A stretch of 64,000 nt of DNA from Capsulimonadaceae bacterium (GTDB lineage: Bacteria > Armatimonadota > Armatimonadia > Armatimonadales > Capsulimonadaceae). Of this stretch, positions 54,992-64,000 are shown one piece after another. Below the pieces are notes generated by a model. The model was not told where the DNA came from. It saw only the letters and a program-made list of their open reading frames with translations, and did not search any database. Position 1 is the first letter of the stretch; each line of letters opens with the position of its first letter. The position numbers and the translations under genes were made by a program. The DNA lies in assembly GCA_965215505.1 (NCBI GenBank), contig OZ244065.1:448001-512000 (forward strand), given 5' to 3'.

Positions 54992-57900
54992 TCAAGGAAG
55001 GTCTTCGGGCCAAGCCAGTGCATAGGAGGCCGCCTGTTCCCAAGTCATCGCATGGCCTTGTTCCCAGGCCTCAGTGAATGCAGGGTATCCCATCTGCCGC
55101 CGCAGGGCATTGAGGTCTTCCTGATGCTGCTCTGCCCGGAAGGCGACGCGCGGGGTGCCGAGAGCCACGCGTTGCGCCGCTTCGGCTCCAAGTAACCGGG
55201 CCGCCCCGTCTTTGTCCCCCTGAGCCAGCGCGATTTCGGCCATGCCTTTCAGCGCATAAATCCCGTCTCGCTTGTCACCAAGTTCCAGGCAGAGAGCGAG
55301 GCACTCGCGCAGAGCCTGCACTGCGCCCGCTTGGTCGCCGAGATACCCCAGAAGCGGCCCGACGTTACTGAGGGTGTTGGCTACGCTCTGCCAGTCGTTT
55401 GCTCCCCGACGGACGGTAAGACTTTGCTCATAGAAATCCCGTGCCTCGGCCAAACTGCCCCGCTGTTCAGCGATGTTCCCCAGATTATTGAGTACGTCTC
55501 CCAGGCCCGATTGATCCCCCAAACGCCTGTATAAGTCGAGCGCTTCCTGGTGAAAGCACTGCGCGACTTTTAAATCGCCCTGCGTCATCGCCACAGTCCC
55601 CAGGCCGACCAGGGAGCGCGCGGTGCCGATTTCATCGCCAAGAGCGCGCCGGACCGTCAGGCTCTCGTTGTGCAGGGCGGCTGCCGCCGCATTGTCGCCC
55701 TGGCGTGATGCGAGGTTGGCTGCGCCGTGAAGCGCCTTCGCCCGGCCCGCAGTCATCGCCCCAGCTCCCGGCCGCGTCAGTGCGGCGGCGATCCGCTCCC
55801 GCCCCTCACGGAAGTAGCCGCGTACCTGCCAGAACTGCTGCATCCGGCCCGCCATCTCCAGGCACGATTCCACGTTCTCCGCATCCTGAAGCAGCCAGTC
55901 CAGGGTCGCGCGGAGGTTGTCATGGTCGGCTTCAAAAAGGTCATACCAGAGCGCCTGCCGCGAGCCGGTCAGTTCGGCTCGCTTGACCAGCTCCTGGAAG
56001 TGTGCGGCATGGCGTCGGCGGAACTCCTCCAGCTCTCCCCGTTCCTCCAGACGCTCCCGCGCATAGTCACGCACGGTCGTCAGAACGCCCCAGCGGGCCG
56101 TGCCGCTCTTTGTCTCCGAAGCGTGAATGAGGGAGGCATCCTCCAGACTCGCCAGCAGGGAGAGGACATCCGCCCCACCGCCGATCTCCGCAGCGCAGAC
56201 ATCTTCCGCCGCTTCCAGGCTCCAGCCGCCGCGGAACACGGACAGCCGGGCCAGGAGAAGACCGGCCTCGGGGGGGAGCAGACGCCAGCTCCAGTCCAGG
56301 GTCGCCCGCAGGCTGCGCTGGCGGGCCGGCACATCGCGGTCGCGTGCCGTGAGGCCCTGCAAAGCCGTCTCGCGCGTGATGCGCTCCGCCATCGCGCGCG
56401 GCGGCAGCAGACGCACCCAGGAGGCGGCCAGTTCCAGGGCGAGGGGGCTGCCTTCCAAAGCCCGGCAGAGGGCCGTGACGGACGGGGCATTGGTCGGCGT
56501 CAGGCCGAAGTCGGGGCGCACGGCCTGCGCCCGGTCCAGATACAGGCGCACGCTGGCGGATCGCGCCAACTCCTCCACTGGGAGGGGAGCGTCCTCCGAT
56601 GCCTCGGGGACATCGAGCGGCCCCAGCGGCAGCAGCCGCTCCCCTTGCAGTGCCAGGCGCCGCCGCGAGGTGCAGAGGATGCTGAGACCCGCCGTATTCT
56701 TCAGTAGGCTCCCTACGATCTCGGCAGCCCCCCCCGCCGTTGCCTGTGTCCCGCCCGCATCCGCCGCCAGCAGGTGTTCCAGGTTGTCCAGGATCAGCAG
56801 GCAGGGAACCGCGCCGGGTCGGTCCCGTTCTCGGAAGAAGGCGATGACCTGGTCCAGCGGGCCGGCAGCCGCAGAGGGCGGCAGGCGGAGCGCCTGGGCG
56901 ATCTGGGAAGGGATCTGGTCCGCCACCCGGAGGTCTGCCAGCGGGACGAAGCCGCACCAGGCACCGAAGCGCTCGGCGGTCCGGCGGGCAAACTCGGCGG
57001 CAAGGCGCGTCTTACCCGCGCCGCCCGGCCCGGTCAGCGTGATGAGGCGGCAGGGTCGTTCGGAGGGATCAGGCTGGGACTGCGGCTCTTTGGAAGGCAG
57101 GAGCATGGAGGCGAGCTGGGCCAATTCCGGCTCGCGATCAAAGAACCGACTCAGCCAGAACGGGAGGGAGTCGGTAGAGGCCGGGCCGCCGAGAGGCGCG
57201 GCTTCTTCCTTCGCGGCAGCCCGCCCGGCTTCGTGCGGCTGCTCGGGTGAGGCGGCTGGGGGCGGCGGAGCCACTTCTAACCTTTGGGCCTGGCCTGCGA
57301 GCGCTTCCGCAATGGCGCGGCTCACGGCGACGGGCGGGGCGGCCCCGAACTCCTCGTGGAAAAAGCGCTCGCACCGACGGGCGTCCTCACAGGCGGCGGC
57401 GGACTGGCCTGCGAGGGCATGACGGCGGATCAGGCCGACCCAGCCGCCCTCGGCGTAGGGGTCGGCGGTCAGCCACTCCGCAGTCATGGCGGCGGCTTCC
57501 TCGAACCGGCCCAGCGCTTCCAGGTCATCGGCATACCGCTCCAGCGCGCCCACGCGGCGCGACTGGAGGCGCTCGGCTTCGCGCACGGCCCAATCCTGGT
57601 AGTTGCCCGGCTGGAAGTCGCCGCCGTAGAGGGCGAGTGCGCGCCCAAGAATGGCGGCGCGGCTTTTCGGGCCGTCCGCGCCGTCGGCCTCATGGAGCAA
57701 GCCCTCGAACTCCGCGACATCGGTCGTCACGGCGGCGGGGTGCAGACCGACCTGGGCGTGCGTCGTCACCAAGACAGAGCCGCGCGGGACGCCGAGAGGT
57801 TCGAGCTGGCGGCGCAGGCACGAGAGGGCGGTGCTGAGGTTATTGCGCCCCGCCGAAAGGTCCATGTCGGGCCAGAAGAGGTCAATAACCTGCTCACGTG

Positions 57901-58033
57901 GATGCGGCCCCAGGCGGAGGGCGAGGAATGCGAGCAGTGAGGCTGCCTTTTGGGTGCCGAAGCGCGTCACAGTCTGGTGAGACTGGATGACCCGCAGCGG
58001 ACCCAGCATTTCGATGCGACAGCGCGGGTCCAT
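54992..58033 (-). CDS. AfsR/SARP-family regulator (wHTH-BTAD-NTPase-TPR)
   Basis: [39 protein letters not shown], TPRs. Paralog of 11259-14087. Confidence 0.9.
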   Translation of the reverse strand: MDPRCRIEMLGPLRVIQSHQTVTRFGTQKAASLLAFLALRLGPHPREQVIDLFWPDMDLSAGRNNLSTALSCLRRQLEPLGVPRGSVLVTTHAQVGLHPAAVTTDVAEFEGLLHEADGADGPKSRAAILGRALALYGGDFQPGNYQDWAVREAERLQSRRVGALERYADDLEALGRFEEAAAMTAEWLTADPYAEGGWVGLIRRHALAGQSAAACEDARRCERFFHEEFGAAPPVAVSRAIAEALAGQAQRLEVAPPPPAASPEQPHEAGRAAAKEEAAPLGGPASTDSLPFWLSRFFDREPELAQLASMLLPSKEPQSQPDPSERPCRLITLTGPGGAGKTRLAAEFARRTAERFGAWCGFVPLADLRVADQIPSQIAQALRLPPSAAAGPLDQVIAFFRERDRPGAVPCLLILDNLEHLLAADAGGTQATAGGAAEIVGSLLKNTAGLSILCTSRRRLALQGERLLPLGPLDVPEASEDAPLPVEELARSASVRLYLDRAQAVRPDFGLTPTNAPSVTALCRALEGSPLALELAASWVRLLPPRAMAERITRETALQGLTARDRDVPARQRSLRATLDWSWRLLPPEAGLLLARLSVFRGGWSLEAAEDVCAAEIGGGADVLSLLASLEDASLIHASETKSGTARWGVLTTVRDYARERLEERGELEEFRRRHAAHFQELVKRAELTGSRQALWYDLFEADHDNLRATLDWLLQDAENVESCLEMAGRMQQFWQVRGYFREGRERIAAALTRPGAGAMTAGRAKALHGAANLASRQGDNAAAAALHNESLTVRRALGDEIGTARSLVGLGTVAMTQGDLKVAQCFHQEALDLYRRLGDQSGLGDVLNNLGNIAEQRGSLAEARDFYEQSLTVRRGANDWQSVANTLSNVGPLLGYLGDQAGAVQALRECLALCLELGDKRDGIYALKGMAEIALAQGDKDGAARLLGAEAAQRVALGTPRVAFRAEQHQEDLNALRRQMGYPAFTEAWEQGHAMTWEQAASYALAWPEDLP

Positions 58034-58141
58034 GAATCTTTCTCCACCGATGGTAATTAGGCCGAACCTGTCTCTATTGTATCACATGTCACGCAGCCTG
58101 TGTTGATGCACACTGCCAAAACACCTCAAAATCTCGTGAAT

Positions 58142-58186
58142 TTAGGAGTTGGCGTTAGGAATTGATTAGGGACTGCGAGTTATCCT
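58142..58186 (+). promoter_or_regulatory. Candidate SARP direct repeats and -10 element
   Basis: TTAGGAG / TTAGGAA / TTAGGGA at 58142, 58155 and 58166, then 8 nt, then TATCCT. Confidence 0.55.
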
Positions 58187-58240
58187 AATTACGCTCTAAC
58201 GCTGTACCTTCCGAATTCACGCGACCGAAAGGAACATCCG

Positions 58241-61200
58241 ATGAAAACTGTGACCTCTCATGTGGGGCGAAGACGACCCTCTCAACCAAGAACGCGGCCA
58301 TGCCCGCACCTCCGAGCCGACCTCCGCACTCTCCTGGCCGGCGTCTCGTTCACCTGCGTGGTCTGGCTGCTCTCGCCCGCCGCCCATGCCCAGACCTCTA
58401 CACCCGTTTACGGCGATGACACGACCATCGCCGCCGCCCTGAATCCCACCCTCCGCGTTGGTGAAAGCCTGCCGCAAAGCTCGGGCGAACCCACTTACAA
58501 CACCAGTGGTCAATTCCGGTTCGGATCGCAGGGTCAGTTCATGACGACCTACGGCTATGCCTATGATCCCAAGCCGGTGGACATCAGCCAGGGCTTCGTC
58601 GCGCGCCTCGATGTGTTCAATAACGGCGGTAACGGCGTCGCCTTCGTCATCAAAAACCCGACGGCCTCAAGCTACTTCGAAACCCCAGCGGCTCCCGCAG
58701 CCGGGACGATCGGCGGCTTAGGAGCCTACGGCCTCCCCAGCAGCCTCGGCGTTGCCTTCATCGCCTACGCGCAGAGCACCAGTAACAGCAACGACCGGCA
58801 CTTCAAGGAAGTGGAAGTGTTCGCCGACGACGCGAACGGGAACGCTACTATCTTGTCGGACGTCCAGGGCTTGGACTTGGACACGGGGAACCTCACCGGC
58901 GGCAACATCCTGCAAGTGCGCTACCTGCCGAAGTTTCAAGATCTCGATGTTTACGTCGGCACCAGGCTCGTGGCACGGGTCGCGGGCGTGGACCTGGGCA
59001 GTCTGGGCGTCGCGCCCGGTGGCCAGGCTGAGCTGGGCGTCACGGGCGGTGTCCCGGCCCAAAACCTCAGCGCGAACATTGACTTCTTTCCCGCCTACCT
59101 GAACCACTTCTCCATCGGGAACAACTTGGTCTTCGGTGCAGGCCTCGGCCCCAACTTCTATGAGGACCGGTTTCCCTTCCAGACCCTGCGGCAGAGCGTC
59201 TGGAACAGCCCGGATACGGTGAAATTCCAGAAGTCCCTGGAAGCGAAAGGCACCTGGGATAAGCAGGCATCCAAAGTCGGAGTTGACGGCTTCTTCACCA
59301 TACAGCCGGGTGCATTCGCGAAGAACTACGACTTCGGCCTGTCCCTGGAGATGGACGCCACCGGCGGCACCGCCGATATCTCTTATCCGGTCTACCTGGA
59401 CATGTCTCTGCCCGCCCAGTACAGCGCCGACCCTGGCCAGAGCTTCGCCGTGCCGATCTTGTTTTACCCTGACCCTGCGGCCACCATCGCCACGACCTCG
59501 CCCGGTGCCAATGTCACTTCCGACCTGATCTACGGCGGCGAGTTCGGCTTCAGCCTGAACACAAGCGTTTTCGGCAGCAGCATCAGCAGCGGAAACGTGC
59601 TGGACCTCAATATTCCAAAGAAAGACATCAAGATCTTCGATTTGAACGAGATCCTGGGGAGTGGCCTGATTCCAAACGTCAACGGCGGCGTCAACTATGC
59701 CGGCTACTTCCAGGGGACGGAAGGCGCGACCGGCACGAAGAACACGACGGAGCACGGCACAAAGGGGGAAGGCAGCACTGAGGGTGCCAAGGATGGGACC
59801 TCCATCGCCAGCTATGTCCAGGTCGGTATCACCTATCCGCCCGACCTGAGCACGTCCGGGTCCGTCCCCCTCGGGTCGGCGACCGCAGCGAATCTGACGA
59901 GCAGCGCCGACTCGCCCCTGGTTACGCTCTCCTCGGACTTCACGAACGATATCCTGGGCGAGATCCCCGGCTTAGACATCCTGCCGCAGATCCCTTTCTT
60001 CAACAACGACTACAGCCTCAACCTGGCCGGCTACCCTGTGGAACTCGGCTTCCACATCGCTGATCTCTACGGGAGCGTGGACCTCGGTGCCCATGTGGAT
60101 TACAACTTCACGCCGCAGCCGCAGGTCTGGCTGCTCTTATCCGACCCGAATGACTCGACCAAGACCGCGACCCTGGGGCCATTCGCCTTCAACACGGCCA
60201 CTAACACCGTGGTGAACCCGCCGACGGTGAATCTCCCGGCTAATGGCGACCCGCTGACAATCACGCCTGTTCTCACCCTCAGTTCCTCCGCTTACCCGGA
60301 TGGTCAGCCAGGCTTCAAGACCTCCAGCGGGAACACGTTCAAGACGAATGGACAGCTTAAGATCGGAGGCTCCCTGTCCTTCAATCCCTTTGAGTTCTCC
60401 TATCAGTTCGGCGACAACTCATTCAACTCCAGCACGGCCCTCGGCCTGCCGTTCCCGTACACCCTGGCGGGGAGCGTCCCGGTCGTCACCTACCCGCTCG
60501 ATCCATTCGAGATCGGCACGCAGAGCGGCGGAACAGCCAACGCGGTCCCGTTTCAGAGGACGATCAAGGGCAAATCCTTCACGCTCTTTCCCAAGGCTTC
60601 GGACAATCCGGTGCTGGATGCGCTTTCGCCCGCTTCGGCCCTGGTGCAGCCTGTCGGCGCGAGCGGCAGCCTTCCGCTCACCCTTACCTGCGAGCACGCC
60701 TACCTCAGTGGCCAGGTCATCTGGGACTTCAACGGCGATCCGACTTTACCGCAGCCCGCTGTTCTGGCCTACAACCGCCAGAGTGCGAGCCTGGTCACCT
60801 CCGCGATCCCGAACTCGCTGCTCTCCACGCTGGGACTGCATACGGTGACGATCATCAACCAGGACGGGACGGGCGCTTCCTACCCCTCCAACAGCGTGTC
60901 TTTCGTCGTCAACGCCCCCGCCCCAAAGCTCTACAGCCTCAAGACGCAGACCTCAAACGGTCAGCTCTACAAAGTGGTGGCGGGCGCAGGCGGCTTCGTG
61001 CTCCTCGTCAGCGGCGAGAACTTCCTGCCGCCGCATGCCGGAACGGGCGGCGCGCTGGACTATGTCGGATCGGTCATCCAGTGGAACGGCCAGCCGCTGC
61101 CGACCACCTATCAGGACCACGCGACCCTGACAGCAATCGTCCCCTCCAACCTGGTGCAGACGACTAACATCGCTCAGATCACCGTTGCCACGGCCGGGCC

Positions 61201-61876
61201 TGGCGGCGGGACGAGCGAGTCACTCTCGCTCACACCCGTCAATCCTCAGCCGGTCCTGACAAGTCTGAGCCAGTCCGGGAGCCAGCCGGGCAGCTCGGGC
61301 CTGACACTAGACCTATATGGCTCCGGCTTCGTGACCGGCTCGACTGTCTTATGGAATGATGGAAAGACCAACGCCACCAAGACGCCGACGTACCAGTCGC
61401 CGGGCCACTTGACCCTGGCCCTGAGCGCGTCCGACCTGAGCACGCCCGGTGCCCGCACGGTCCAGGTCCAGAACCCGACGCCTGGCGGCGGACCTTCCGC
61501 CGTGCAGACCTTCACGGTCGGCCAGTACCCGGCCGGAGGCGGGATCATCCTCGTGCCGTCGCTGGCACGGACGATGGGCGGCATCCGGCTCCAACTGACC
61601 GTCGTGAACACCAGTCAGACGGCAGATGCCACAAGCACGATCATCCAGTCGGCAACGGCGCAGGCGGCGGGCAAGGCGGCAGTGTCTCCAATCCTGCCTA
61701 ACCCCGCTCAGGCGATGCTGGTGGGCACCGTGCCGGCCGGCCAGAGCGTCACGCCGGGCCAGATCTATGTTTTCCCGTCCGGCCTCGGCACTCCGGGGCA
61801 GGCGGTCCTGCTGACCGTAAGCGGCAGCAGCTCAGGCAGGTCCTTCACCTCGCGGCTGCGGGCGGTCGTGCCGTAA
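58241..61876 (+). CDS. Large secreted protein: L-type lectin-like N-terminus, beta-rich core, IPT/TIG-like repeats
   Basis: Signal ending AHA-Q, GNGVAFVI..GGLG lectin-like motif, repeated P.L.SLS...G..F..GS...W, NP.PGGG.S units. Confidence 0.8.
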   Translation: MKTVTSHVGRRRPSQPRTRPCPHLRADLRTLLAGVSFTCVVWLLSPAAHAQTSTPVYGDDTTIAAALNPTLRVGESLPQSSGEPTYNTSGQFRFGSQGQFMTTYGYAYDPKPVDISQGFVARLDVFNNGGNGVAFVIKNPTASSYFETPAAPAAGTIGGLGAYGLPSSLGVAFIAYAQSTSNSNDRHFKEVEVFADDANGNATILSDVQGLDLDTGNLTGGNILQVRYLPKFQDLDVYVGTRLVARVAGVDLGSLGVAPGGQAELGVTGGVPAQNLSANIDFFPAYLNHFSIGNNLVFGAGLGPNFYEDRFPFQTLRQSVWNSPDTVKFQKSLEAKGTWDKQASKVGVDGFFTIQPGAFAKNYDFGLSLEMDATGGTADISYPVYLDMSLPAQYSADPGQSFAVPILFYPDPAATIATTSPGANVTSDLIYGGEFGFSLNTSVFGSSISSGNVLDLNIPKKDIKIFDLNEILGSGLIPNVNGGVNYAGYFQGTEGATGTKNTTEHGTKGEGSTEGAKDGTSIASYVQVGITYPPDLSTSGSVPLGSATAANLTSSADSPLVTLSSDFTNDILGEIPGLDILPQIPFFNNDYSLNLAGYPVELGFHIADLYGSVDLGAHVDYNFTPQPQVWLLLSDPNDSTKTATLGPFAFNTATNTVVNPPTVNLPANGDPLTITPVLTLSSSAYPDGQPGFKTSSGNTFKTNGQLKIGGSLSFNPFEFSYQFGDNSFNSSTALGLPFPYTLAGSVPVVTYPLDPFEIGTQSGGTANAVPFQRTIKGKSFTLFPKASDNPVLDALSPASALVQPVGASGSLPLTLTCEHAYLSGQVIWDFNGDPTLPQPAVLAYNRQSASLVTSAIPNSLLSTLGLHTVTIINQDGTGASYPSNSVSFVVNAPAPKLYSLKTQTSNGQLYKVVAGAGGFVLLVSGENFLPPHAGTGGALDYVGSVIQWNGQPLPTTYQDHATLTAIVPSNLVQTTNIAQITVATAGPGGGTSESLSLTPVNPQPVLTSLSQSGSQPGSSGLTLDLYGSGFVTGSTVLWNDGKTNATKTPTYQSPGHLTLALSASDLSTPGARTVQVQNPTPGGGPSAVQTFTVGQYPAGGGIILVPSLARTMGGIRLQLTVVNTSQTADATSTIIQSATAQAAGKAAVSPILPNPAQAMLVGTVPAGQSVTPGQIYVFPSGLGTPGQAVLLTVSGSSSGRSFTSRLRAVVP

Positions 61877-61896
61877 CACGGTCCCCATGACGTGCC

Positions 61897-61925
61897 TGGG
61901 GGCGGCCCAAATCGGGCCGCCCCCA
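61897..61925. other. Perfect 12-bp intergenic hairpin
   Basis: TGGGGGCGGCCC-AAATC-GGGCCGCCCCCA without a T-tail. Confidence 0.6.
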
Positions 61926-61949
61926 ACAGAAGAGTTTAGGAGAACAACC

Positions 61950-62528
61950 ATGAAACTTCGCCAGCCCCTTGTCATCCCTGCGGTCCTGCCGCTGCTCCTG
62001 TTCCTGACCCCGCGCCCCGGCGCGGCGCAGACGGGCCTCACCGTCACGCTCGCTCCGTCTGCCGTCCGCGTCGTCACCCCGGTGAATGGCGCTCAGGTCT
62101 TCACGTTCACCGGCACGCTGACCAACAATACCGGCACGGCCCTGTTCCTGAACGCGGACAACTTCAGCCTCGACTTCCCGCTGATCTTGGACGACACGGC
62201 GTTCCAGAACACCTTCGTCTTCCCGACCGACACGAGCGGGAACCTCCTGCCGCAGCCGCCGCTTGCCGCCGGCGCGACCGAAACCGCGGCGCTCTTCAGC
62301 GTGACCGTCCCCGCCGGCACATCGGCGGGGACCTACGGCGGCACCTTTGAGATTCAGGGCGGGGCGGGAGCCAGCGACTTCGGCCTGCTGGCCGCGCCGA
62401 CGTTCACGGTCAGCGCCGCGCCGGTCCCCGAAACCTCTACGGGCGTTTCCTTCGGCCTGCTGCTGGCCGTCGGCCTCGCCGGGGGCATCATCCGCGTCCG
62501 CCGGCGGAAGATCCCGCCCGTCGTCTGA
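61950..62528 (+). CDS. PEP-CTERM-type sorted surface protein
   Basis: Signal peptide. C-terminal PVPE, then a TM helix, then RVRRRK. Confidence 0.88.
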   Translation: MKLRQPLVIPAVLPLLLFLTPRPGAAQTGLTVTLAPSAVRVVTPVNGAQVFTFTGTLTNNTGTALFLNADNFSLDFPLILDDTAFQNTFVFPTDTSGNLLPQPPLAAGATETAALFSVTVPAGTSAGTYGGTFEIQGGAGASDFGLLAAPTFTVSAAPVPETSTGVSFGLLLAVGLAGGIIRVRRRKIPPVV

Positions 62529-62590
62529 TTCCCGTGTCAGAAGAAAGCCCCGCCTCCATCACCGGAGACGGGGCTATCGGGCGAATGCTT

Positions 62591-63697
62591 CTAATGTTTG
62601 TCCACCTTGCCGTCGGCGGGCGTCACTTGCAGCGCGACCACGGTGTTGATGCAGTCCCAGGAGTGCAGGATGCCATCGGGCGTCGGCTGGAGCCATTGAT
62701 CCCACGAGAGATCGTCGGAGGTCCGCCGGACACGCCAAGCAGTGTCGGAGTTCGCTTGCAGCCACCCCAGGTAGGTGCCCTGAAGGCTGCGGTCCTGCAT
62801 GAACTTTGCGATCCAGCGCAGGCCGATGGAGTTCAAGCCGGAGTTGTTATCGCCCCCCGAACCGTACTCCGGCATGATCCGATAGCCGTTCGCGGCGGGT
62901 TTCCCCAGGTGGTTCAGGGTGTAGTCCGCCGCCAGTCTCGCGCTCTCGGTGTCCCCCAGGAAATTCGCCAGACCGACGAACGTCCCCTGGTTGTAGGTGC
63001 TGGACCAGGTGCCCAATTTGCCGGAGGTGTCCACCGCATCCAAGACGGCCCCCGTCGCCTCGTCGAACAGGTGCGTCTTTTCCCAGGCGAACAGGTCCTC
63101 CGCTCTGCTCAGGTAGCTGTCGTCGCGGAGCGCCTTACCCAGCAGGAAGGACGCGATGCCGGCGGGACATTCGATGCAGGAGTTGTAGCTGGTGTTGTTG
63201 GTCGTCCAGTAGAGGGTGCCGCGGGCGGGGTTCCAGGCGCGGGCGAACATCATGTCGAAGTTTTTCTTGGCGATGGTCAGGAACGCGGCGTTCCCGGTGG
63301 CCAGGTAGCCGCGCGTGTAGGCGATGGCGGCCCAGCAGATGTCGTCGTTGTAGATGTTCCAGGACCAGTCCGTCCCGTGGGCCTTGCTGAACCCATTCAG
63401 CAGCGCGGCGACCTGGCTCCTGTAAGCGCCGCCGCTCCGATCATTGGCGTCTTCGATCCCCTCAATCTCTTCGCTCTCCTGCCAGAATCCAGGGTCGCCC
63501 CCATCCTGTCTGCCTTTGATAAAGGCGCTCGCCCCGTTGGGGCGGACGAAAGCCTTGAGGTAGGCCTTCACGGCGGTGTCGGCGTCGGCACGGGTGACGG
63601 CGCGGGCGGGCCGGTCAGCGGCGGTCAGCAGGAGGGCGGACGCCGCCATCGTAGCGGCGATCAACCTCCCGATCTTACGAGAACAGGTCGGTTTCAT
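62591..63697 (-). CDS. GH76 alpha-1,6-mannanase-family glycoside hydrolase
   Basis: YNDDICW catalytic DD, GTLYW, WSSTYNQGTFVG, signal peptide. Confidence 0.88.
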   Translation of the reverse strand: MKPTCSRKIGRLIAATMAASALLLTAADRPARAVTRADADTAVKAYLKAFVRPNGASAFIKGRQDGGDPGFWQESEEIEGIEDANDRSGGAYRSQVAALLNGFSKAHGTDWSWNIYNDDICWAAIAYTRGYLATGNAAFLTIAKKNFDMMFARAWNPARGTLYWTTNNTSYNSCIECPAGIASFLLGKALRDDSYLSRAEDLFAWEKTHLFDEATGAVLDAVDTSGKLGTWSSTYNQGTFVGLANFLGDTESARLAADYTLNHLGKPAANGYRIMPEYGSGGDNNSGLNSIGLRWIAKFMQDRSLQGTYLGWLQANSDTAWRVRRTSDDLSWDQWLQPTPDGILHSWDCINTVVALQVTPADGKVDKH

Positions 63698-63708
63698 GGT
63701 TCCTCTCC

Positions 63709-64000
63709 TTAACGCGTTTCCCCGCCGGCGAGAATGCGCGGGGTGTAATCCACGGTGGTCGCTTTGAGCCTTCCGCCGGGGGATGGCAGGAACGTCAGCA
63801 CGGCGCTGAGGGCTTGTTTCGGCATCAGGGCGGGGAAATCGTGGTAGAACACGCCCGATGGCGCGGAGCTGCCGGTCGTGCCGTTGCCGCTCCCAGGATC
63901 AAAGCTCAGTCTCACCCCCGCGCTCAGGTCGTCCAGGGCGAGCGAGACGGGGGCAGGGAGGGCCGTTGGGCCCGTGTTGATCAAGGTGACGGTTTGGCTG
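63709..64000 (-). CDS. C-terminal end of a probable secreted protein, 5' part outside the window
   Basis: Open frame QTVTLINTG..PVSLALDDL..LTF..YTPRILAG running off the window end. Confidence 0.6.
   Translation of the reverse strand, partial: SQTVTLINTGPTALPAPVSLALDDLSAGVRLSFDPGSGNGTTGSSAPSGVFYHDFPALMPKQALSAVLTFLPSPGGRLKATTVDYTPRILAGGETR

Noticed and set aside
1-64000. CRISPR array or cas genes
   Set aside because: No regularly spaced repeats with unique spacers and no Cas-like ORFs seen.

Overview
A GC-rich bacterial chromosomal window. The gene content suggests Armatimonadota: a PEP-CTERM protein ending 'PVPETSTGVSFGLLL', two AfsR/SARP-NTPase-TPR regulators, Gram-positive-type LexA boxes alongside an outer-membrane porin, and fused SecDF. 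This assignment is inference only. Housekeeping genes are recD2, radC, queG, tkt, bcp, a PduO-type adenosyltransferase, metG, Mn-catalase, lexA, tRNA-Pro(CGG), recJ and secDF. Accessory modules are DUF1778/GNAT and DUF2281/VapC toxin-antitoxin pairs, an RHH-like/HNH pair interrupted by an in-frame amber, an orphan ART-like toxin/immunity pair, a decayed Rhs locus with a hydrophobic tip, and a SARP-linked lectin/Ig/PEP-CTERM/GH76 region. The most notable signals are: (1) a 442-aa LAGLIDADG intein in helicase motif V of RecD2; (2) a leader with ANTAR-type dual hairpins overlapping a terminator, directly upstream of the ANTAR regulator itself and a BBP2 porin; (3) a 132-bp palindromic element inserted in frame in a glycosyltransferase; (4) an O-antigen-ligase-like protein with an internal signal-peptide-like segment and a compositionally distinct C-terminal domain; (5) two miniature secretin-like proteins; (6) recurrent leaderless genes; (7) a MetRS with HVGS/KGSKS signature variants. 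All family calls come from motif recognition by eye, with no database searches.
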